Shown here: positions 39,993-59,758 of the stretch, in pieces
How positions within the stretch are numbered: the first letter of the stretch is position 1
Layout of the letters: each line of letters begins with the position of its first letter
Source of the DNA: Tubulanus polymorphus
Taxonomy: Eukaryota; Animalia; Nemertea
Length of the DNA stretch: 64,000 nt
Direction: 5' to 3'
Assembly: GCF_964204645.1 (NCBI RefSeq)
Contig: NC_134035.1
Location: 3,348,001-3,412,000, forward strand
Program-made: the position numbers and the translations under genes
Notes under the pieces: generated by a model
What the model saw: only the letters and a program-made list of their open reading frames with translations
The model's database searches: none
Told to the model about the DNA's origin: nothing

Positions 39993-41069
39993 TCATTCCG
40001 CCTTTCGTCGGCAAAAGCGACATTTCAGAATCAGCTCTTTAGCGGTAGCTCTAAAATGATCGTTGGCCACGTAGTAGATAAAGAAATTTACCGACGAGTT
40101 CAAAGTTGGTAAAAGGTTGTCGAACATCATTTGAGTGATGTATACCGCGTCGCCGTAGGGCTGAATTTTTGGAAGGTTTATAAAACGGGCTAGGAATTCA
40201 TAGATAGATCGATAAGATGGCGGTATTTCGCAGACGACAAATAGAACGACTATAGCTATAGCAATTTTGATAGCTTTCACGTCGAGACGCGATATATTTC
40301 TTTCGCCAGTCATTTCTTTTCTTTTCGCCTTCAGTTTACGAAGAATCCATATCAGGTAGCAATTGAAAATCATTAGTAAAATTGCCGGCAATAATTCCTT
40401 AATTAATGTAGCGATGGATCGGTTAATCCATATGAAAGCACGGAAGAAGCCCGATCGTTTCCCTTTAGCTATACCGATGCCCGTTATGTGAACATTGTTA
40501 CAAGCGTCAAAGAACGAAATGTTTATGCTTGTGCCGATAACGAAAGGCGAGTATAATAAACCAAAGCCAGCAAGCATGCAACAAACAATGATTTGTATTC
40601 TGTATTTTGTAATGTGAGATCTTGCGAAAAATGGAAAAGTTAAAGATACGCATCGTTCTAAAACTAACAGCACGGTTATCCAGTTGCGCTTCACCTGCGC
40701 CGAATATCGCGGAATCCAAGCCGTTTTATAGATCCACGGTCGCACGCCCCAGCTCAGGTACGGAATCCAAAACATGTGAGTTCCTTGCGTGAACCAGGAC
40801 ACGACGAAACGCAACGGTTCCTGAATCGTGTTGAAAATAAGGAAGAGTATATCGGCCAGCGCGAGACAGCGTAACAGGTACAACGAGATGTGATCAGACG
40901 ACTGGCGACGTATGATGAAAATACTGAACGTATTCAAAATGATACCGACGATGCTGATCGGTAGAGCGCCCGCTAGTTTTACGCTGACGAGAAGCACGTT
41001 TTTAAAAACGTACGGTCGATTACAGTCTGGCGTAGTTTCAGCTACTGTGGTCGTCGCACTATAATTCAT
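39993..41069 (-). CDS. Intronless class A GPCR, FMRFamide-receptor-like orphan (copy 3), 358 aa
   Basis: Four amino-acid differences from copy 1: T>A in TM1, T>K in TM3, P>I in ECL2, T>K in ICL3. Confidence 0.9.
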   Translation of the reverse strand: MNYSATTTVAETTPDCNRPYVFKNVLLVSVKLAGALPISIVGIILNTFSIFIIRRQSSDHISLYLLRCLALADILFLIFNTIQEPLRFVVSWFTQGTHMFWIPYLSWGVRPWIYKTAWIPRYSAQVKRNWITVLLVLERCVSLTFPFFARSHITKYRIQIIVCCMLAGFGLLYSPFVIGTSINISFFDACNNVHITGIGIAKGKRSGFFRAFIWINRSIATLIKELLPAILLMIFNCYLIWILRKLKAKRKEMTGERNISRLDVKAIKIAIAIVVLFVVCEIPPSYRSIYEFLARFINLPKIQPYGDAVYITQMMFDNLLPTLNSSVNFFIYYVANDHFRATAKELILKCRFCRRKAE

Positions 41070-41443
41070 GCCGATAGACACTGCATGTCACATACCACGA
41101 TACCCGTGATTACTCGTAGTAAGTACGAACGCTTCGTTGCTTCATAGAACTATTCCGAGTTCTATGGTTGCTTGCATTGCGTTCTCTTTTCAACGAGACT
41201 GAATAGTAGAATTGTTTCAGTCTCTCTGAAAACCCTGGTGTGTATTCCAGCATGCAGGAATATGCGGCTTGATAATATTAGTGTCGAGGTCGATGATCTG
41301 GTACTAAACAAAGCACAGCAGAAAAAGAAAAGCTCGAGGACTAAACCTATTCCGAATATGATCGGAGCCACCCGCTATCTATTCATCATTAATACCTGAA
41401 TGTGGATATTATCGGAGCCATCCGTCATGAAATGAATAATCTA

Positions 41444-41480
41444 CGACTTCCGGGTTCTAAAAAATCGCTAGCGGAATCTA
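41444..41480 (+). promoter_or_regulatory. Putative MRPS21 core-promoter segment with ETS-like ACTTCCGG
   Basis: ACTTCCGG at 41446-41453, about 80 bp before the ATG. The segment is present only beside the intact gene. Confidence 0.45.
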
Positions 41481-41527
41481 TGAAGTTTTAAAATAATTTG
41501 CAAAAATCTGACAACCCGATTTGAATC

Positions 41528-42266
41528 ATGGTTAGAAGTCATTTAGGATTCTTTGCTCGAACCGTTCTGGTGAAGAATAACGATATTGAAGTGGCGTATC
41601 GAGCTTTGGACAGGTAATACATGGATGGATTGACTGTTTTACTCCCGCCGTGTCGTCGTCGGTCAGGCCTACAGACAGTCAGTCTCCTCTGTCCGGTGTC
41701 GGTAGGCCTATCAGTACAGCTGCATTAGATGACTAGAGATTAGGGATACCTTAGTCTGAATACCAGTCGTTACGGGTCGTCGTTTGGGGAATGACGGCTG
41801 TACCAGACTACAGGGATACAACTTCAGTTGCATTGATGGTGCTGACACCTACTATCTCTACCATTTTGTAGTGATGACGGTATTTTGTATTAAGCGAGAC
41901 AATTGTTCGCGTCATCTCATTTATGTCTTTTTATAGATAGTACTTAGGATACTGGGGTTAAAAACTTTTTGCATCAGGCTCCTGTGGGGTTGAGTAGTAT
42001 TATAGATTTTGGTAAGACGTTCGTATGTCTAGTAAAAGTCCTAACCGATATGATGTTAAAGAGACGTTTGTTTTTTTCGTCGTTTCAGAGTGTTGCGCAA
42101 TGACGGTATTATCGAGGCGGCGCGCCGGAATATGTACTACGAGAAGCCGTGTCAGATGAGGCGACGCGTGATGTACGAACGTCAAAAACGGATTTACAAC
42201 CAACACATGGACGATAAAATACAATTCCTGATGCGTAAAAATCGCACTAATCCGTGGCTGCGGTGA
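41528..42266 (+). CDS. MRPS21: Mitochondrial ribosomal protein S21 (bS21m), 87 aa
   Basis: Exons 41528-41613 and 42089-42266 give MVRSHLGFFARTVLVKNNDIEVAYRALDRVLRNDGIIEAARRNMYYEKPCQMRRRVMYERQKRIYNQHMDDKIQFLMRKNRTNPWLR. The ARTV, YYEKP and FLMRKNR.P-W motifs are typical of the family. Confidence 0.95.
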
Positions 42267-42288
42267 CCGCGCTTTCTTTAACTATTAA

Positions 42289-42551
42289 CCCTTTCAATGC
42301 TGGCTAATTAATACCCTATAGTGCTGAAGATAATTTGAAAATTCTGAAAAAAGTGTGATGAATAACGGGAATAGCACTATAGTGCGTCTACACCCTGGTG
42401 CGGTGTATCGTTAGTTACTAATATTTCACTATGTTTGACAGGTGCTGCCATCTTTCAACAGAGATAATTAGTAATTACTAATTAAATCAATATACCGCAG
42501 TGCGCTGTACTAGCAAAATCCATCACTGATTCGTACACCGCACTGAAAGGG
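42289..42551. mobile_element. piggyBac-like MITE in the MRPS21 3' UTR
   Basis: ttaa|ccctttcaatgc ... gcactgaaaggg|ttaa, about 22 bp after the stop codon. Confidence 0.8.
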
Positions 42552-43402
42552 TTAAACGTAGATCGAGTGTAGATTATTGTGTTTTGCGAATTGTGTATAT
42601 TTTGTAGTCATTTCATTAAATTTTCGAACGTTTTGAATTTCGTCTCTATTTGTTGTTTTTCTCGTACTTGTTTTCCTATCTTCTACAATAGACTCCTGCA
42701 GGACCCAGTTCCACAGCTCTGAGTTGAAGTTAGTTCATTTTCAATGTTTTAACCCAGAGTCAAATCTTAACTCCGAACTGTGGAACTGGACCCTGCTGCT
42801 TACTCGGTACTCGCTTACTAATTGGCCCGATACGGATTGTCGAACGCAAGAACAAAGAAATTTAGAAATGAACACATTTTAGAATTCTCTTCTAATCAAA
42901 AATACATATATATACATGTATATAATTCGTATAAATAGATTTTAATTATCTTTAAAAAAAAACGTATTAAAAATCAATTCTAAAATTGACAGTTATTCTC
43001 TGAAGAGAGAAGTAGGACGGTTTAACTGATTGACCGCAGTTGCATTAGACACTCTTCGTACACGTAACCTTCAGAACTGAAATTCTAATCAGATCGGTAC
43101 TTTCATAACGGGGAACCTTCCACAGCCGAGGATTCCTCCACTTGTGGCAAGTGAGAATCTTCATAGATCTCAAATCAAATCTAATCTCTTAGGATCTTCT
43201 CACTTCGATAAAAAATCTAATCAACTTTTTAAATATCAAACCAATTATCAATGAAAATATCTTTTTCGGCAACACGTATGATAATATTTTGAGGCGGGGA
43301 ATGGAAATCCAATTCAAAATTGAAAATGAACGAAGTAAGACCCACTGTTCGTCACGCCACCTGGTAACCGATTTCCGAGTTTCCAGATGAAACTAAATAG
43401 TT

Positions 43403-46400
43403 TCAATCTAAACTTTCGAATTCGTCGTCGATAATTAGCTCTTTCTTTAAATCGACGGCGGCGTCTACGTCGGTTTTAACGACTGTATCGCCGTTAATTA
43501 GTTCGCTTAACGCCGCTGCGTTTCCTAACGAACTGACGACATCGTCATTGCGGCGGCCATCTTTAACTTCTTCGATCAACTGCTTCGATACTTTGATTCC
43601 TTCTTTTTTCGAACCCGCGTTCGCGACTTTCTGCTTCGCGCTCGACGTGTCCTCCCGGATTTCGGGTTTCGGACTCGAAACGTCCTCGACGAGGATCTTC
43701 GACGATTTGTCGCTGGCGTCCTCGTCGTCTTCCTCGCTCGAGTCATCATCGTCGTCTAACACTTCGATTACCGGTCTGTACGATTCCTGCGACGAAAACA
43801 ATAAACACCGTTTAGTCTATTTTTTGTCTCGGATCGTTTCTTTTTCAGCGGGGAAGAATGAACTTTTATAATTTAATGATCAACTAATTATGAGTACTTG
43901 TCGCGCTGTATGGTGGGATAACAGCTATCCCCGTCCCCCATTCGAATTTGAAATTGACATTTTGATATTCCATTGCGCAACGGAGCAAGATCTGGGTTTG
44001 AGTTAAAGCAATAATTTGAGCTCTTAATGTAGCGATTACGTTTCACGAATTCAGTTAAATCCCACTTCAACAGAATCCGGTTCCATTTATATACGGGAGA
44101 TGAGAGTTGACTTGAGTCGGGGATTACAAGGCTTTTTAGATTAATTTTACTAACCAAGATTCTCCAAGGACTTGAGTGGTTTACCGAGTAAAGCGCAGTC
44201 TACTGTATATTTCATAAATACATTTACTCTCAACTGTGCACCACCACTACTGAGTTAAAACTATGTTTATAGGAGAAATGACAGTTGACTTGAGTCGGGA
44301 ATTACAAGGTTTTTTTTAGATTAATTTTACTAAGATTCTCCAAGGACTTGAGTGGTTTACCGAGTAAGCGCAGTCTACTGTATATTTCATAAATACATTC
44401 ATTCTCAACTGTGAACTACCAGCACCGAGTTAAAACTATGCGTCTACCTTTTGTTTGGTCGGAGTGATGATCATTTCGGCTTTATATTCACTTTCCACAT
44501 CGACATCTTCTAAATCCGGCAGATCCTGAAATACACCGTCATTTACTGATCAAATATCTTAGATTGACCATTTCAGTTTGTGAAGCACGTACAGGCAAGA
44601 TTTCAATATCATGTAAGTATAACGGCCAATTCCTTGTACTTGATTTATTCATATTCGACGTATCTACTTACGTCTAACATATTTTTGCTACGTGATTTCG
44701 CCGCAACATTTTCAATACGTAAACTCTCCACGCTGTTCTTATCTGCAAATAAATCGAAAATTATGAATTCGTATTTTTCCCAAATGGAAGCCATATCCAG
44801 TTGTACGGTTAACTGCAACGTGCCGGCAGTGTTGTGACTGTAAACATTCCACTGAGTTGAAAGTCAGCGAAATAGGTGATTATCCAAATATGTTTTAGTA
44901 AAATTCACTGATTTGAGAGCGGTGGAGACTGGTGCGCAGTAAGGCAAAAGTCTTCAGTAATATATATTCTTTAGGGCCTACCCAGAGTTTGATTTAGATA
45001 ACAGTAGTTCGTTTTTAATGTTTTACCGCATAAACTTAAGACTCGAAGTTTAACCTAGCACATTGGAACTGTGTAACGAATACATACCCACTGATCCACA
45101 TGTTTTTCCGGAAAAAATCCCAGCATCATCTTCTTTTGACTTTGGTTTGATAAACGGAATGTCTACGTCCGGAATGCTTTCTTTTATTTCTTCAATAACT
45201 AACTTAGTACTAGATTCGTCGCTCTCCTAAAATATTTTAATTTTCTAAGATTAGTGATGTAATGTCAGCAGTGCAAGGTAAAGAATCAATTCATTTTCAG
45301 ATAGAAATGTCTCAAGTCCGAGGCTGGGGCCGGTTGCTCAAAGGTTGTTTAATTTTAACCAGTCGTTAAGACTAACGACTGGTTAAAATTAAACAACCTT
45401 TGAGCAACCGGCCCCTGGTGTTGTTTTGACAATCAATTTTATGTCAATGGCAAAAGTCTGTTGACCGTCAGAGAGGGTGCAGAATACAGAGAGAGCAAAT
45501 TGTCTGAGAGCAAATAGAGTGCAGGGTACAGACAGCAGATTGTCTGAGAGGGTACAGACAGCAGATTGTCTGAGAGGGTGCATGGTACAGACAGCAGATT
45601 GTCTGAGAGGGTGCAGGGTGGACAGCAGATTGTCTGAAAGGGTGCATGGTACAGACAGCAGATTGTCTGAGAGGGTGCATGGTACAGACAGCAGATTGTC
45701 TGAGAGGGTGCAGGGTGGACAGCAGATTATCTGAAGGGGTGCAGGGTACAGACAGCAGATTGTCTGAGAGGGTGCATGGTACAGACAGCAGATTGTCTGA
45801 GAGGGTGCATGGTACAGACAGCAGATTGTCTGAGAGGGTGCATGGTACAGACAGCAGATTGTCTGAGAGGGTGCATGGTACAGACAGCAGATTGTCTAAG
45901 AGGGTGCATGGTACAGACAGCAGATTGTCTGAGAGGGTGCAGGGTGGACAGCAGATTGTCTGAGAGGGTGCAGGGTGGACAGCAGATTGTCTGAGAGGGT
46001 GCAGGGTGGACAGCAGATTGTCTGAGAGGGTGCTCTGGACACTAACCTGTTCAAGTTGTGCTTGATCTGCTGCCTCTTTCGTTCCGTACAACCAATCGAC
46101 GGTCTCCGGATCAACTTTAATATCGTCCGGATTTCGACCTTCTTTTATCGCCTCCTCTCTCAGTTTTTGTTCTTGTCGACGCGCTTCGGCATTTTTTCTG
46201 ACCTTCGACAACGCTGTAAACGAGGAAGACACTATAGTCAATGATGAATTCTTCACCGCCACAAATTAAAGGTCTCGAGGCATTACTGTACTGTACATTT
46301 CCCTATAAATCTATAACACTCTCACATACCGTCGACGCTGTCTTGAATGCGTTTGCGTTCTCTATTAACCCACAATTCACGTTCGGCTTTCTCCGCTTCG

Positions 46401-49210
46401 CGTCCGCCGGTCGACCAGGCTTCCGCGCACGCGCGATCTTTCGGAAACACCGGACGATCGTCGAGATACGTCAAATTTTTCTGTCAAGAAAATCGAAACA
46501 AGTCAATAATTAGGAGAAGTTCAATACAGTGCTTTATGACTGACAGACTGATCTCAGTATTCAGTAATTTATGAACAAAACCACAGTTGATGATGAAAAC
46601 ATTTGTTGTCCAAGTTTCGAAATTTTTTGATTTTGCTCAAATCGACAGTGTATTATTATGTTCACGATTTTCTAATCTAAATTTTGACTAAACTTCATCG
46701 TCAGAGAAATGAAAATCAAAAAGTTCCTAAGAATATGGACGAGTTTCTAAGCAAATGAATGAAGGATATGTATAAAAAAAATCTAGTTCAGTCCAAACTT
46801 CAGTCGAAACTGTCAAATTGTTAAATCATCAAATGCGAGGTGTTGCTCAATTTGACAGTGTATTATGTTCATGATTTTCTATTCAACGTTAAACGTACTC
46901 ACCAGGCGTACGGTCAATATCTTTCTGTAGTTCGAAATGCTCTTGATTACGCTGTTACCCATCAAATTCAAAACTCTCTGGAAAAAATAATTATCGCAGA
47001 TTATGAATGAAACATGTTTCTTCAAATGAACATAACGATAGCGACAACTGGCAAATACAGCAGACTCCATTATTCAACGTCAGAGAGATGGTCCAAAGAG
47101 AATTTAGAACAGAGTCTACTGTTGATATAAATTAGAAATTACCAGATTTGTCATTTTCTCTAAAACGTCGACGATCGCCGGATCGGAGAGTTTGTTGTGC
47201 GATAGATCAATCACGCTGATACTGTGACAATCGGCGAGATGTTCGATATCTTCGACGGTCTCCAATTTATTGTGCGCGATTTGTAGATTCTCCAGTTGCG
47301 GTAAACACGCTGTAACGAGAAATAAAACTTCACCGATCTGATGACAAATACGCTAGATTCAGGGTCTTACTAGGTAGCATTGGTTTAACCAGGGCCCAGT
47401 TTTGCAAAAAAATTTAACTCAAATGTTTGATGTAATCGCTATTGGTAACTTCATATCTTCGACGAATGCAGCAATTCAAACTTAACCGATTAGGCTTATA
47501 ACTTTTTGTGAAACTGGGCCCTGATACCGAAATGAAAATCAGAGAAATTGAAAATCTTTCAGAGAAAGTGTTTCTTATATTCATTTACTTGAGGGGATTT
47601 TTACCAAGCCGACTGGTAGTGAGTAAGGAGGAGTCTACTACGGCACATTACTCTGAAAGTGATGAAAAAACTGCTAACGCTACTGATCAATGCAAGCTAC
47701 TCACATAGATTTTCGATCTTTTTTATCGCGTTGTTGCTCAGATTCAGCTGATTCAACAGCGGCAGAGGCTCGAGATTTTCGATTTTCGTCAGCAGGTTTT
47801 TCTGTATGTATAAACACCGCAAGTTCGGCTGATTGTCGAGGTTTTCGATCTTTTTGATTCCGTTGCATTCGAGCCACAGACACTTCAAACCAGTGTATTC
47901 TTCGAGATTTTCAATGTAGTAGATTCCTGTATGAATGAATGAATGAAATGAGAATAATGGATGATAGAAGTGAGTACGCCTACCTGGAGTATCTGATAGA
48001 AGTGCGTACCAGTTGGAGTATTATCTGAAGAGTAACTGGACTAGGCCGTTAGTTTTTAAGCCCTATGTCTCAAACAAATAATGCTGAATAGTGAATTTAA
48101 ACCGCAATCTAGTTAGTGACTTAATCGCAGTCCAGTTACTGACTAGACAATCCAGTTACGGACTAAATCAAAGACCAGTGACTGACTAAACTGCAGTCGG
48201 TCCCATAACTGACTTAATTGCAGTCCGAGGGATCTATGACTAAATTGCAGTCCAATTTCTGACTAAACTGCAGTCCAATTTCTGACTAAACTGCAGTCCG
48301 GTCTGACAACTAACTAGCTATTGAAAATCCAAAATTCAAAAAGGTCTTAAAACCAATTCTTCGAAAGGTCTTTAAACTGGTTAAACCCAGAACAAACATA
48401 AACAAACCTTTATAATGTAAATAGAGTACATCGTTTAATTCGGGGGTTATATACAATTTGTTGTCTTTACAGTGTTGCTTCAGAAACGCTTTCGTCAATC
48501 GCGGCCAGTTGTTTTTCTCTTTCGTCGCGTCTTTCTTCTCATCGGCGCTGGGATCGCTATTTTCGTCATTACCGTCTGAATAAAAATGATTAATTATAGC
48601 AACTCTTTGAGAATAGCTTGTTCTAGTTCTAATTCTAGTTCTAGTTCTACCTATTACTGGCCAACTTCAACATGCTGAAGATTTTTGTCAGGTACAGACT
48701 TTAGTTGTTAAATCAGTGAGTCGACCGGCACTGATATGTGTCCTGCCTGAATGCATGGTTTCACTAGGATTCGAACCCTCAACCATTCAGATGTGAGTCA
48801 AACACCTAATCCACCATGCCACAGGGCAGGACTTTAGTGTACTAGGCCTACATCAACGCAGCTTTTTACCCAATTCTGCAGTTTTGAGCGACCCTTAGTA
48901 AACTCATGAAATAATTCAACTTGTAATTAAAGGAACCAGGTTAACGTGATTCAATTAAAACATGCTTACCACCGCTGCCAGCAGGGGTCACTATTTTATC
49001 GTTGTCGTTGACATTTTCTTTGTTTAAATTTTGCTCTTTCAAAATCGACGCGGAATCATCGGTAGATTTGATCGGTTCATCATGGTCGTCGTCGGTCGGT
49101 GAAGATTTCTTCGCTAGATTCGCGGACGTATCGTTATTCTGGTCGTCAACATTACCGTTTTTAGGGGTCTTAATTTCCGGCGTATCAATGATTTCTTCGA
49201 TTAGAGGCAT
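43403..49210 (-). CDS. DNAAF1: Dynein axonemal assembly factor 1 (LRRC50/ODA7), ~620 aa
   Basis: Exons 48970-49210, 48408-48575, 47705-47926, 47143-47309, 46903-46977, 46330-46480, 46047-46213, 45088-45226, 44672-44742, 44448-44525, 43403-43786. Motifs: [55 protein letters not shown]22-type LRRs and [20 protein letters not shown]. The C-terminal exons are less certain. Confidence 0.93.
44094..44441. repeat. Local tandem duplication, 2 x ~175 bp, intronic
   Basis: 44094-44265 is repeated at ~44271-44441. Confidence 0.85.
45468..46033. repeat. Minisatellite, 31/33-bp unit (gacagcagattgtctgagagggtgcatggtaca), ~17 copies, in a DNAAF1 intron
   Basis: Contiguous tandem units, which account for the repetitive ORFs at 45389-46262. 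Confidence 0.95.
48756..48827 (-). mobile_element. tRNA-derived SINE head or tRNA pseudogene
   Basis: The minus strand reads gccctgTGGCATGGTGGattagg...gaGGGTTCGAATCCtagtgaaacca. A and B boxes are at tRNA-like spacing, but the acceptor stem does not pair. Confidence 0.6.
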
Positions 49211-49703
49211 TCTGTAAATTAAGAAAATAGAAAATAATGAAATTGCTTTTCAAAACTAACTTGCACATAGAGGTATTAGTAGACTGGTAGAGGTCTCTTA
49301 CGCATAAGGAACCTGGGAAAGTGGTTTCCTACCAAAATATGGAGATTTCTGCCCAGACTGGGAAGGTGGTCTCCTATAACTTACTCAGTCTGCTCAGACT
49401 TGTAAGTAGGCTGGGTTCTTGCCCCAGGCCCAGAGACTGTCTAGACTGGTAAAAATAATCCCATCCATATTTGCAGGGGAACAGCCATAGGCATAGGGAG
49501 AACGGGATAGTGCCAGCGCCAGCGGTCCTCTAATTTGACGGCATCCAGACCAGAAGACTAAGACTGCTGAGAAACTGATAATATTCTTAAAATTCTACTT
49601 TACGCGTATTACTTACTTGCATCTGGGTGTACGTGGACGTTTAGAACAGGCGGCTAGTCGTGATAATAACAGAATTCTCGAATATTCCACGAAAAATTCC
49701 CCA

Positions 49704-49723
49704 GGTTGTTTATCTTGACAACC
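49704..49723. promoter_or_regulatory. Candidate RFX X-box / forkhead (FOXJ1-type) composite site at the DNAAF1 5' end
   Basis: ggttgtttatcttgacaacc. The minus strand GTTGTCAAGATAAACAAC is X-box-like and contains TAAACAA. It lies ~90 bp upstream of a likely 5'-UTR exon donor (49617|gtaagt). Confidence 0.45.
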
Positions 49724-50630
49724 GAGCTATGAAAGTATGTCCGGAACGTGCTGCCGCGGTGCGGTACTCACTCTCCAGGGTCGCATTGCAGACTGCTCCG
49801 AATAGACGCCGCCATTCGTGGCATGGCACTCGCTATCCGGGGACGCTTTGCAAGCTTGTCTATCAGTAGGTGCTGCCATCGCACGGCGTTGACTTACTGT
49901 GCTGCCACAGTGAACTTCTACTACATCTTGGAGCAAAAGATTACATGATACAGAATTCTATGATGATACGAACTAACCTGGACCGCTAATAAGTGCTGAT
50001 GAAAAAAACAGCCAATAAAAACATTTAGCTTGCCCCGGAAAACACTGATAACTTAGTAGTGTTAACTGTACCAGAATTTTCTTCAACTTCAACTGTTTCC
50101 AGTTTCTTTCGATATTGTGCGAAATACTTATCGTCGTGATCCCCCACATTGGAAATGCTGAAACAAAAGAATGCTTCAAGCGGAAAATCGGCGTTAATGA
50201 AAATTTCAACGTAATAAATCCCAATGTTCTAGCAGCAGAACACCCGGCGTTTGTCGTACTAACGAGCAATTATCTGTTGAGACTTGTAGGTCGTACAAAC
50301 GTTTTTAAATCTCGATCACATTACGGGTCAGATACAGTTCTTCGGACCTAATCTCGACGTATTCTCATAAGTGGAAATTCGTCGTAACTCACAAACAGAA
50401 TTCCATCGTCGTAAATCTCAAGTAACCCCGATATTTAAAACCACTTCAGCGCCGTGGCGGAATTAGATAATGTACAGAGTCGATATAGGCTTATCTTCCG
50501 AGGTACTCGGAAGATATATTTCCGCAATCTTCAGTCTCGAGGTCGGTGCCGCGGGATCAGGTAGGCTAACACTATGTACACGTGTTCAAAAATTCGGTGC
50601 AAACCGGATCAGCCGGGGACTTTTTCCAGA

Positions 50631-50902
50631 CAATCTGCGATGTTTATATATACAGACTGAAAATCTGCTGACGAAAATTGAAAATCTCGAGCCTCGGTCG
50701 ATGCTTGGAGTAATCAGAATCCAAAAGGTCGATGTTAATTAACTAAATCTTAGGAATAACGCCATAAAAAAGGATCGAAAATCTATGCGGGTAGCTTGGA
50801 GTAATCAGAATCCAAGGTCGATGTTAATTAACTAAATTTTAGGAATAACGCCATAAAAAAGGATCGAAAATCTATGCGGGTAGCCTACATTGATCAGTAG
50901 CA
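50631..50902 (+). pseudogene. DNAAF1: Degenerate inverted copy of part of the DNAAF1 LRR exon (47705-47926) plus flanking intron
   Basis: [21 protein letters not shown], then aataacgccataaaaaaggatcgaaaatctatgcgggtagc and cattgatcagtagc, matching the exon end and the intron start. It is frameshifted, the GT donor is now GC, and it has an internal ~90-bp tandem duplication. Confidence 0.85.
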
Positions 50903-51329
50903 TCGGGAGTTAGTTCATCCTCTTACCCGTCACCGGTACCTACTAACCGCGCCACTTCGTGCTGAAACCCATTGACTGTGGATTTCTAGGAGACCCGGTG
51001 ACTAATCGGCCCGGCACGACCTCTCTCTCTCTAAACTAAACCAGACGAGAGAACTTTTTATCACATTGTTGCTCCAGTTAAATTCGCCGCAACTCACGTG
51101 AGAGCGATCAGAGGGAAACCCCAGACAGTAATTATTATCACGTACGCCACTCTCTAAACGGTCGGTTATCACCCGGGTTTTTGGTGTCATTAGAAAGCGA
51201 GCAACCAACCGCAGTGGAACAGTAGCTACGCTGCCACTATGTTTCGAAGATTTTTACCCCGTCGTTCGACTATAAACAACGTGTCAATTATAAACAGCGA
51301 AAAATACGCGTAACACACAATTAGCTACA

Positions 51330-59758
<8,429 letters not shown>

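Larger units (their letters stand above)
31808..41819. repeat. Tandem segmental triplication: units ~31808-34773, 34774-38194, 38195-41819
   Basis: acgcaattttgttttaccaaaaa begins each unit. Each unit holds a LINE 3' end, one GPCR, and MRPS21 exon 1 plus part of its intron. The junction joins ...ggatAC to ACgcaatttt (2-bp microhomology). Confidence 0.92.

Noticed and set aside
45389-46262. 264-aa ORF and other repeat ORFs; a possible CRISPR (the unit has a small AGACA/TGTCT palindrome)
   Set aside because: The ORF is a DNAAF1 exon read through its donor into a spacer-less 31/33-bp minisatellite.
48756-48827. Functional tRNA gene
   Set aside because: A and B boxes are present, but the acceptor and anticodon stems do not pair. 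Treated as a SINE or pseudo-tRNA.
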